From Podarcis erhardii (taxonomy: Eukaryota): a DNA stretch of 64,000 bases. The notes beneath the pieces are model-generated. The model was not told the origin of the DNA. It ran no database searches and saw nothing but the letters and a program-made list of their open reading frames with translations. Positions 26,374 to 47,000 of this stretch are shown piece by piece. Location of the stretch: assembly GCA_964252035.1 (NCBI GenBank), contig OZ176200.1; one strand, 5' to 3'. The position numbers and the translations under genes were made by a program. The first letter of the stretch is position 1, and each line of letters opens with the position of its first letter.

Positions 26374-26827
26374 TACGCCTTCTCCTATAACAAAGACTGA
26401 CTCAGTGAAATTGATTGGTAGTGGATTCAGAATTTTAAAAGGAAAGTACTTCTTAGAGTGACCAATTGGTGAAAAAACAAATCACTCCCTCAACTGAAAT
26501 CACTGGGTCAGATAGTTAAAAACAAACACACACACGTGTTATTGCAGAAAATTGTCCTCATATTTTTAACCAAGAAACACAGACCCTCTTCTATGAAACT
26601 CACGACTACATAAATGTACATGGATAGGTCAATCAGTAGTTCTCACCCATGGCCAACAAATGGAACCTCCATGTTCAAGGGCAGCGTGCTGCTCAATGCC
26701 AGCTCCTGGCAAACCACAACGGGAGAGGACTGGTGCCCTCATGTCCTGTTTGTGGGCTTCCTAGAGCACCTAGCTGGACACCAGGAGAAGCAGGATGTTG
26801 GACTAGGGGCAGGTTCTTGATCTGATC

Positions 26828-26965
26828 CAGGCATAGGCAAACTCTGCCCTCCAGATGTTTTGAGACTACAATTCCCATCATCCCTGACCACTGGCCTTGT
26901 AGGCTAGGGATGATGGGAGTTGTAGTCCCAAAAAACATCTGGAGGGCAGAGTTTGCCTATGCTTG
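26828..26965. mobile_element. Palindromic hAT-type MITE, same family
   Basis: Same arms as 24836-24971. Confidence 0.85.
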
Positions 26966-27099
26966 ACTGATCCAAGGAAGGAGGATGCCTCTGCACACCA
27001 GAGCCAAGGAAACAGCTTTCGGGGCCAAGATTCTCTGCCAAGATTCTCTTTTTTTAAGTTGAAATCAAACTTCCAACTTCTCCCATTCCCCCGGTTTTG

Positions 27100-27990
27100 T
27101 ATTAATCTCCAGACTAAGCGACCTGGCCAAGAACTGAACCCGGGTGTTTCCAAGCCACTCGCCGCCCACCGACCCAGCAGGAAGAGGCGCCTGTGTAATC
27201 CAGGGCGAAATCCCCCCGCCCGCCCCCCGCCCCTCCGCCCTGGGCAGGCAGAGCCAGACTCGCGACCTGAGGCTCCTGGCCGACCCCCGAGTGACAAAGA
27301 GGCGCCCTTCGGCCTCCCCCATCTTGGCTCGGCGACGGCGCCCGCTCGGCATTAGGCCCAGTCGAGGGAGGTGACGCCTGAGCCTCCCGTGAGGGCGCAC
27401 GTTGTTCCAGCGGGAGGCTGGAGACGACAGGGAAGGTCCTTCTCCGCCTCACGGCGACGCTGAAGGAAACTCGGCGGGCCCCGAGGCTCCGCGCCTCCCC
27501 GGCACCCCTTTCCTCGCCCGCTCGGGTGCCCCGCTGCTACTAACCTCCCGCGGCTCCGGGTCGCTTCCCCTCGCTGGCGGTTCCCGCTGCGGCCTCGGAA
27601 AACGGGCGCTGAGGCTGCGCGGCCGCCGTCTCGTCGCTTCGGTAGCGGGCCGTAGCGGGTCCTCCCCGCCTTCCTGGCTCCTCCCGGCGCCGCCGCTGCT
27701 CCTGCAGCTGACGTGGAAGCACTCGGCGCGCAGGGCCACATCGATAGTACGGCGGCCCGGACGGGACACGCCTCCTCCGCCGCTCGCGTAACGCGCGTTG
27801 GCCGGAGGCGGGGAGCTGAAGCGCGGCCTCTTCCGCCTCACGCCGAGTCGCCGTGTCCGGGTTGGAGTCCAGCCTGCGAGGGCCGATGCTGCTTCTCCAC
27901 CCGCTCCTGGGAGCAGGACGTGGGCGCCGTCCGCACCAGTGGCGGAGGAGCCGTTACACTGCGTGGCATTCAGTGGCCGCGCCATAGGGC
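27100..27990 (-). promoter_or_regulatory. CpG island / COPB1 promoter with TGACGTGG (27709-27716), GC boxes and ETS-like CTTCCG
   Basis: Abrupt GC- and CpG-rich stretch within AT-rich flanks; motifs read directly. Confidence 0.85.
27545..27700 (-). other. COPB1: Probable non-coding exon 1 of COPB1 (5' boundary approximate)
   Basis: Lies in a CpG island 3.4 kb upstream of the ATG exon. Strong donor GAG|GTTAGT at 27545/27544 on the minus strand. TSS not determinable from sequence. Confidence 0.65.
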
Positions 27991-28105
27991 TTTCGGGTTT
28001 CAGGCGCCCGTTTCTTTCTAAGCCATGGATGGGAAACTTCAGGACCAGGGGTCAAATGCAGCCCATCTCCATCTCGGCCGTGGGCCTCTTTCCCAGACCG
28101 TGTAC

Positions 28106-28446
28106 CAGTGCCGGATTTACGTATAAGCTAAACAAGCTATAACTTAGGGCCCCACTCTCTTGGGGGGCCCCCAAAAATTAAAGCTGGATGAACATTTCCA
28201 AAATATAAGATAAAAAAACAAATAAAATAAAACCTACATACAGCAACAGTGGGTTGTGTTGTGTAGACTCCTATTCGTTATGTGCAAATGGTTTTAGATA
28301 CCTATTAGGTCCATAAATTACCATATAGCATATATTCAACAGAAAAAAACAGCGGCAATTTGTTGTTGACAAAGGACAGCTGGACATCTAAAGGGCCCCA
28401 TTACCTTCAGTAGCTTAGGGCCTCCTCACACCTAAATCTGGCCCTG
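28106..28446. mobile_element. Non-autonomous TIR element (hAT-like)
   Basis: CAGTGCCGGATTTA...TAAATCTGGCCCTG termini; TSD degenerate. Confidence 0.6.
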
Positions 28447-29216
28447 CATGTATCCTTCACCCCAAGGAACGCCCCTTATCAGTCTTTGCTCAGCCTTGTT
28501 TGTGGTAGCTGGAATGGGTCCCTGAACTCTGACTGTGCTTCTTGCTTGCCTGACAGGTTGTGTGAGGGTGTGGAAACTAGGCTAGGGTACAAAGGCAAAA
28601 TTCACATCAGTTGCCCCATCCAACACTGGCATACTGGCTCAGGGAGGGGGTGCTGCCTTTGAACTGAAAAAAATTCCTGACAGTAGCCTTCGGTTGCAAT
28701 CCTAAAATGCTTGCTAGCATAGGCCACATTCAACTCAGTAGGATTACTTCCAGACAGACACGCATCTAGTATCCTATTCAAAACCTGTGCTTTTTATTTT
28801 TGTAGAATCATAGAATGGTTCATAAATTATACAGAGTTAAGGGCGAGTAGTGTGGTGTTTCCCAATGATACTGTTCAGAGATGTGAGATTGTGAAAAGCT
28901 CCAAAAAGACCTCTCTGAACTGAGTGACTGGGTGGTAAATGGACAATTGAAATTCAGTGTAAACAAATTTAAAGTGATGTGCGTCAAACACAATCTTATA
29001 TATGCTCATGGAGTCTGAACTGGTGGTGACTGACAAGCAGTAAGACCTTGGAGTCAAAGAGAATAGCTCCATGAATGGCCCAGCGTGTGGCAGCTGTGAA
29101 GAAGGCAAATTCCAAGCTAGGGATCATTAGGAAAGGATTTGACAATAAACTGCCAATATCATAATGCAATTATTCAAATCTATGGTGTGACTGCATTTGG
29201 TATATATACTGTGTAT

Positions 29217-29552
29217 CAGGGATCGGCAAAGTTTTTATGGCTTGGGCCGCTTCACAGTCCCGAGGATGCCGCAGTGGGCCAGAGTGCGCGCACGCACGTG
29301 CAAACACTATTTCCAGCGCTCCTTCTGGCGCAGAGGCATGCACAGCTTCCCATTGGTTGCAGGAGCTTCCTGCAGCCAATGGGAAGCCGGCAAGCATCGC
29401 GGAAGGCGGTCCCCACTCTGCTCCGTGCCAGTTTAGCGCAGTGTACAGGAGCCAACCAAACGGGCTGCACGGTCCCCGAGCAGGTGGCAGAGCTGGTTAA
29501 ACGACCTTCATGGCCTGCTTGTGGCGCATGGGCCTTAGGTTGCTGACCCCTG
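29217..29552. mobile_element. hAT-type MITE nested in CR1
   Basis: CAGGGATCGGCAA...TTGCTGACCCCTG; related to 16107-16368. Confidence 0.75.
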
Positions 29553-29697
29553 GTTCCGATCACATCTCAATGGTCAGAAAAGGGCAACGAAAACGATCAA
29601 GGGGGTGTTGCAACTCCTCTGAGGAAAGGTTGCAGTATTGAGGTGATTATGCATAGCATTATTATTATTATTTATTGATTTTATATACCGTTATATA

Positions 29698-29955
29698 CCG
29701 TTGCTTGGTCCCTGCTCCTGCCAACCTAGCAGTTCGAAAGCACATCAAAGTGCCAGTAGATAAATAGGTACCGCTCCGGAGAGAAGGTAAACGGCGATTC
29801 CGTGCGCTGGTTTGCCAGAAGCGGCTTAGTCATGCTGACCACATGACCCAGAAGCTGTACGCCGGCTCCCTCGGCCAATAAAGCAAGATGAGCGCCGCAA
29901 CCCCAGAGTCGGCCACGAATGGACCTAATGGTCAGGGGTCCCTTTACCTTTACCT
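29698..29955 (+). mobile_element. Sauria SINE, 5'-truncated
   Basis: Reverse complement of the other copies; ends CCTTTACCTTTACC. Confidence 0.85.
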
Positions 29956-30209
29956 ATACCCGCAGGTCTCAGGCATGTAGATAGAGGATAGAAAAAAGTC
30001 CTTCCCTGCCTCATAACACTAGAACTCAGGGCCATCCAATGAAACTGAATGTTAGACAATTCAGGACAGAGAAAAGAAAGTAGTTCTTCCCACAGTGCAT
30101 GGTTTAACTATGGAACTTTCTCCCTCAAGAAGCAGTGATAATGATTTTGCTTTTCCTGATTTAAAGAATTAAAAAATAAAAACCAGAGCAAGTTGTTTCA
30201 AGAAACAGG

Positions 30210-30215
30210 TTTATT
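30210..30215 (-). terminator. PSMA1 polyadenylation signal AATAAA
   Basis: + strand TTTATT about 255 nt past the stop codon. Confidence 0.65.
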
Positions 30216-30468
30216 TAATCAACGCCTTTATGACAGGAAAACAAGCTTTTTCATATAAAACAATATTCCATAGTTTCTAGAAAACGACATCTCAAGAGCA
30301 GTGGTCAGTTATTAATTCTTTGCTGCCAGTTTAGGATTTTTGGCAATACATTTTTGTAGACCAACTCACTAGAATGTATCACTACAATATGCATTTATCT
30401 CAGAGTTATGTTAACAGAATACAAATGCATGCTCTGGCATTCCTGTGTCTGAAGTGCATGCACAATGA

Positions 30469-41357
<10,889 letters not shown>

Positions 41358-41787
41358 GTCGGCTACTTCCCGAACACCAGCACGAGCGGCTGCACCGGCG
41401 AGGGTGGCTTTGGAAAAAAAGGAGATCGATAGCTCGGCGAGCGTCGAGTGCGGGCTTCGGGACTTCCTTCCGTCTCTGGCGAGGAATCGCAGCCGATCGC
41501 TAAACCCCCGATCCAAAGGCGCCTCGCCAGGACGGCTCCTCCCTCTGGAACGGCGGAAGGTCGGCGCGTGCGCACTGGGTACTCGCCGCTTCGCGCTGTG
41601 AGCCGACCTCAGATCTTCGGGTGAAGGGCGGTATACACATTTAATGAAAGTATACGTAATAATAATAATAATAGCGACCTGCCCCATCCTTTAGCTATTG
41701 TTGTTTTCCCCCTTTTAAAATACTAACAATGCAGTACTATATGAGTCTCCTCAAAAGTAAGTCCCCTTGAATTTAATGAGATTTAGT

Positions 41788-42117
41788 AAAGGTAAAGGGA
41801 CCCCTGACCATTAGGTCCAGTCGTGACCGACTCTGGGGTTGCGGCGCTCATCTCGCTTTATTGGCCGAGGGAGCCGGCGTACAGCTTCCGGGTCATGTGG
41901 CCAGCAGGACTAAGCCACTTCTGGCAAACCAGAGCAGCGCACGGAAACGCCGTTTACCTTCCCGCCGGAGCGGTACCTATTTATCTACTTGCACTTTTGA
42001 TGTGTTTTTGAACTGCTAGGTTGACAGGAGCAGGGACTCGTGGGGATTTGAACCACCGACCTTCTGATCGGCAAGTCCTAGGCTCTGTGGTTTAACCCAC
42101 AGCGCCACCCACGTCCC
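41788..42117 (-). mobile_element. Sauria SINE with a short internal deletion, just upstream of the PSMA1 promoter
   Basis: 15-bp TSD TTAATGAGATTTAGT at 41773-41787 and 42118-42132. Confidence 0.9.
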
Positions 42118-42320
42118 TTAATGAGATTTAGTCCCAGGTAAATTAGTGTGGGACTGCAACCTAGATTGACACAACTGGGCGAGTTGGTGGGAATTGTAAT
42201 CCAAAATGTCTGGAGGGCACCAGGTTGGTAAAGACTGGTATAAATAAAAAGCTGTGGAATTATAGAGGCAATCAGGTGGCACTTTTGGCAGCACAGAGAG
42301 TCCAGAGCAAGGCATTAGGC

Positions 42321-42456
42321 CAGGCACCCCCAAACGTGGCCCTCCAGATGTTTTGGGACTACAACTCCCATCACCCCTAGCTAACAGCACCAATGGTCAG
42401 GGATGTTGGGAATTGTAGTCCCAAAACATCTGGAGAGCCGAGTTTGGGGGTACCTG
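42321..42456. mobile_element. Palindromic hAT-type MITE
   Basis: Perfect 8-bp TSD CATTAGGC. Confidence 0.87.
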
Positions 42457-42608
42457 CATTAGGCCAACCTTGCAGGAAGGCAAGTGCACTCTGTTGATGG
42501 GTGGGGCCAAAACAAATGAGATGGGGCAACAAGTTCAAGTCAAAGCAATTTACAGAAGCTTAAGCAGCCCAGGGAAAATATCAAGGCCTTTGCCTGGCAC
42601 TGAAATTA

Positions 42609-43080
42609 CAGTGGTGCCTCGCAAGACGAAAAGAATCCGTTCCGCGAGTCTCTTCGTCTAGCGGTTTTTTCGTCTTGCCAGTGGCGTAGCGTGGGGGGTG
42701 CAGGAGGGGCCAGCCGCACCAGGCGCAACATCTGGGGGTTAGGGTTAGGGGGCGCAAATCCACGGGTTAGGGGGCACAAATTACTTGCCTTGCCCCGGGT
42801 GCTGACAACCCACACTACGCCACTGCGTCTTGCGAAGCAAGCCCATTGACGGATTAGCGCTATTAGCAGTTTAGTGGCTTTTAGCGGCTTAGCGGATAAG
42901 CGGCTTAGCGGCTTAGAAAATGGGGGGGAGGGAAAAAACCCGCAGGATCTCGCAAGACATTTTCGTCTTGCAAAGCAAGCCCATAGGAAATTCGTTTTGC
43001 GAAGCACCTCCAAAACGGAAAACTCTTTCGTCTAGCGAGTTTTCCATCTTGCGAGGCATTCGTCTTGCGGGGCACCACTG
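42609..43080. mobile_element. pogo/Tigger-type MITE hosting a nested hAT MITE
   Basis: TA|CAGTGGTGCCTCGCAAGACGAA...TTCGTCTTGCGGGGCACCACTG|TA. Confidence 0.87.
42679..42825. mobile_element. hAT-type MITE (short form)
   Basis: CAGTGGCGTAGCGTGGG...CCCACACTACGCCACTG; perfect 8-bp TSD CGTCTTGC. Confidence 0.88.
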
Positions 43081-43558
43081 TACATCAAGGTCACATACAG
43101 GACATCATACTTTAATTCTGCTGTATTCTCAGTTACCCCTTCTGTTGCTACACTGAAGTAACATCCCAGAAAGAAGTTGCACATGCTTCATTCTAAGTAG
43201 TATGCCAGTGTAGTGAATAAATCATGCTATTGGTCTGTGTTGATCATCTGTAAGGATTGATGATTGTTACATCCTGATTCACCAAAATAGACCGAACAAC
43301 ATTTTTACACCTGGACACCAGGATTTTTCTACTACTACTATCTTACGAATAACAGTCTGAATCATATCTAATGAGAGAAAATATGGGCCCTGGGATGTGT
43401 GCACATCCCTCATTCCTACCTCCTGTCTGCGCACCCTTCTCAAGGTCTTCTTGTGAAGAAAGATACATGCATCTGTTACATCCTTCCTTTTTGCTGTAGC
43501 ACATAGTCACTCTTTTGGGGGTATGAGGAAGAATGGGCACATAATTCTTTTTTTCTGT

Positions 43559-43928
43559 TGTTATGTACTGAGTCGAATAGGATCCAAACTGCAGCAGTCT
43601 GATTGGTCCTAGAACAATAGGATCCAAAAGGCAGCAGTCTGATTGGTCCTAGAACAATAGGATTCAGAATGCAGCAGTCTGATTGGTCCTAGAACAATGC
43701 AGCAGTATGATTGGTTGGCAGGAACCACCCAATCATGCTCCAGATTGAAGTGAATCCACAACCTGATTGGTTTACAGTACAATTCCGGAATTAGCCAATC
43801 ATGTGCAGCCCATTGTGTAAATAATGTATATAAGGCAGATACTTTGAGGGGACTTTCATTCATTCCTCCTCACCACTATGAGCTGAATAAAGAGCATGAA
43901 ATCACTTTGCGACTCCGAGTATATTTCA
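43559..43928 (+). repeat. 5' LTR with 3x 40-bp CCAAT/SOX-like tandem units, TATATAA (43827-43833) and AATAAA (43886-43891)
   Basis: Direct repeat of 48144-48513; motifs read directly. Confidence 0.97.
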
Positions 43929-43929
43929 C

Positions 43930-43947
43930 TGGCGACGAGGATGGGAT
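43930..43947 (+). other. Primer-binding site complementary to the 3' end of tRNA-Ser(GCU)
   Basis: TGGCGACGAGGATGGGAT starts 1 nt after the 5' LTR. It is the reverse complement of ...ATCCCATCCTCGTCGCCA, the vertebrate tRNA-Ser(GCU) 3' end as recalled; verify against a tRNA database. Confidence 0.85.
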
Positions 43948-44053
43948 CCCGCTGAGCTGACTGCCACACACAGCACCGCAGCACCGCCACCTGCCGCACC
44001 GCTGCCTCGCACCGTGTATCCAGGCTTCAGCTCCGGGACACAAGGAACTCAGA

Positions 44054-47000
44054 ATGGCAACTGACAGCAACTTCTCGCCGTTCAACCCAGCATCTGGAGA
44101 CTGGGAAGCGTACGCCTCCCGTTTCACCTTCCTCCTAGAAGCCAAAGGGGTCACCGATGATGAAGACGCCAAGAAGAGGGCAATATTCTTCAGCGTCTGC
44201 GGAGAGGAGACATTTGAAATCGCCCGGGCTCTCCTTGCGCCTGAAGACGTTGCTACTGTTCCATACAAAACAATAATGGAACAGCTGAAGGGGCACTTTT
44301 CGCCACAGCCCTCAGTGGTGGCTCGTCGAAATGCCTTCTACGCAAAGCGGCAAGCCCCTGGGGAAACCATAACTGGGTTTGTGACCTCTCTCCGCCAAGC
44401 CGCCCGGTTCTGCAACTTCTCAGAGCTGGAGAACATGCTTCGTGACCGCCTCGTCGGTGGCCTGAGGGATGAGAAGCTGCAACGACGCCTCTACGCTAAG
44501 AAGAACCTAACGTTCCAGGTCGCTCTGGAGGAGGCCCTGGCAACGGAAGCTGCCGAGAGGTCGACACAAGAGGCACGGCCGAGCCAGCCGTCCCAACCGA
44601 GGGTCCACCATGAAGACCTCACCGACGACTCAGGATCTGACAGGGAGGAGGTGCACCGAGTACAGCAGCGCACTCAAGCAGCCCACATACCACAGCTGCC
44701 TCGACGAGAAGGAGGGAACTGCGCAAGCTGTGGAGAAAGTCATGAGAGGAGGACCTGCCGTTTCCGCAATGCAGAGTGCAGACAGTGCAGAAAATCGGGA
44801 CACATCGCCCGGGTGTGTCGGGCTCGGCCCACCCGACACCAGGCATCAGACGACCAATCCAAGAACCCCAGGTCCCGGGGCCCAACGCACCAAGGCAACT
44901 CGACAGAGCTCACGGACTTCCAGGTATACCAGTTGCCCCACCCCAACATAGAGAAAATTTATGTAGAGGTACAGATAGAGGGGGCCCCATGCCGCATGGA
45001 GCTTGACACGGGTTCAACTCTATCCATAATCTCGGCAAGGACCTTAAGGAAACTGTGTCCTACTGGGGGTCCCAAACTCAGGCCGGCCCCATTCACCCTC
45101 CGGGACTTCCAGAAACGTAAGGTCCCCACAATGGGGGTGGGGACCTTCAGGGTGCAATACCGAGGGCGGACGCGGCAACTGGACTTGCTTGTGGTCAAGG
45201 GCCCCTACATTAGCTTACTGGGATTGGCATGGTTTGGACCACTGGGGCTAGCTGTCACCGGGGTGAACCACACTAGCTTACAAGTGGACGTGGACGCCAT
45301 ATGCAAGGAATTTCCGGGGGTTTTCGATGGGAAATTGGGACAGTATACGGGCCCCCCCATTGCTCTACAGCTGGACCCCGCAGTACGACCAGTCAGGCTC
45401 AAGGCCCGCCGGGTCCCGTTCGCTCTGAAACCCCGTATAGACGAGGAATTGGACCGGCTCGTGGAGCAAGGAGTGCTGGAACCGGTACCTAATGCCCCCT
45501 GGGAAACCCCAATCGTCACACCTGTCAAGCCTAATGGCTCAGTCCGCATCTGCGCAGACTACAAATGTACCATAAACAAGGCCCTCACGGCCCATGCATA
45601 CCCAGTGCCAGTGGTCAGCCATGTCCTTGCCACCCTGGCTGGGTCGAAAATTTTTGGCAAGCTGGACTTGGCCCAAGCATATCAACAGCTGCCAGTAGAT
45701 GAGGCAACAGCAGAGGCACAGACGATTGTGACGCACAGAGGAGCATTCAGGGTAAAGCGGCTGCAATTCGGTGTCAGCGTGGCACCAGGCATATTCCAGA
45801 ATCTAATGGACTCTCTCCTTAAAGGGATTCCTGGCGTCACCCCCTTCTTCGATGATGTGTTGATTGCCGGGCCCACACCAGAGGAGTTTGAGGACCGCCT
45901 CCGCACCGTTCTGCACCGTTTCCAGACAGCGGGTCTCAAGGTAAAGCGGGAAAAATGTCTACTAGGAGTGCCCCAGGTGGACTTTCTGGGATTCATGGTG
46001 GACGCAGAAGGGGTCCACCCGACTGGGGACAAGGTACGGGCCATTTGTGATGCCCCAGCGCCCAGGAACAAGACTGAACTTCAGGCCTTCTTGGGACTAT
46101 TGAACTTTTACCATTCCTTCCTTCCCCACAAGGCGGCGGTAGCGGAGCCCCTACACAGACTCCTGGACAAGCGGGCCCCTTGGGTGTGGGGCCATCGCCA
46201 GGAGGCCGCATTCCAGGCAGTCAAGGACTTGCTTGTCTCAAACTCGGTCTTGGCACACTTCGACGAGAGGCTGCCGGTGGTGCTAGCATGCGACGCCTCA
46301 CCCTATGGCATTGGCGCTGTCCTGGGACACCAACTCCCAGATGGAAGAGAGGTACCGGTGGCATACTTTTCCCAGACACTCAACGCAACCGAGCGGAACT
46401 ACTCACAAATCGACAAGGAGGGCCTGGCAATCGTGAAGGGAGTAAAAAAATTCCATGATTTCTTGTATGGGCGGCCCTTCACCGTGGTGACTGACCACAA
46501 ACCGTTGCTTGGCTTGTTTGCCCCCGAAAAGCAGACCCCCCAAGTGCTGTCTCCTTGTGTCCTCAGGTGGTCAATTTTCCTTGCCAGCTACCAGTATGCA
46601 CTGATTCACCGCCCTGGGAAGGCGATGGGCCATGCGGACGCCCTCAGCAGGCTACCACTACCAGAAACAGGCCCCGACCCGGCACCTGCACAAGAGGTTA
46701 TGAGCCTGGAGCTGCTTCCCGACCGCCCCATTCAGGCACAAGAAGTTGCACACCATTCCAAGAAAGATAGGGTCATCTCCCGGGTCCTGGACTGGGTGTG
46801 GAGGGGATGGCCCAGCAGCAGCCCCGGGCCAGAATTCGCCAGCTACACAACCCGCAAACATGAACTGTCGGCCCACAAGGGGTGCCTGTTATGGGGAAGC
46901 AGGGTCGTTGTTCCCCAGCCCCTCCGCAAAAGGGTCCTCACAGCCCTACACGAGACACACCCAGGGGTAGTAAGAATGAAGGCCCTTGCCAGGAGTTATG

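Larger units (their letters stand above)
28890..30140 (+). mobile_element. Degraded CR1 LINE RT/3' fragments interrupted by younger insertions
   Basis: CR1-like TGAAATTCAGTGTAAACAAATTTAAAGTGATG, GCAGCTGTGAAGAAGGCAAATTCC..CTAGGGATCATTAGG and AGAACTCAGGGCCATCCAATGAAACTG; frames broken. Confidence 0.7.

Noticed and set aside
26878-28142. Cluster of 100-180 aa ORFs on both strands, and similar ones at 41058-41687
   Set aside because: CpG-island artefacts with no recognisable domains.
43591-43715. 40-bp tandem repeats as a CRISPR-like array
   Set aside because: Eukaryotic DNA, no unique spacers, and the repeats are part of the LTR U3.
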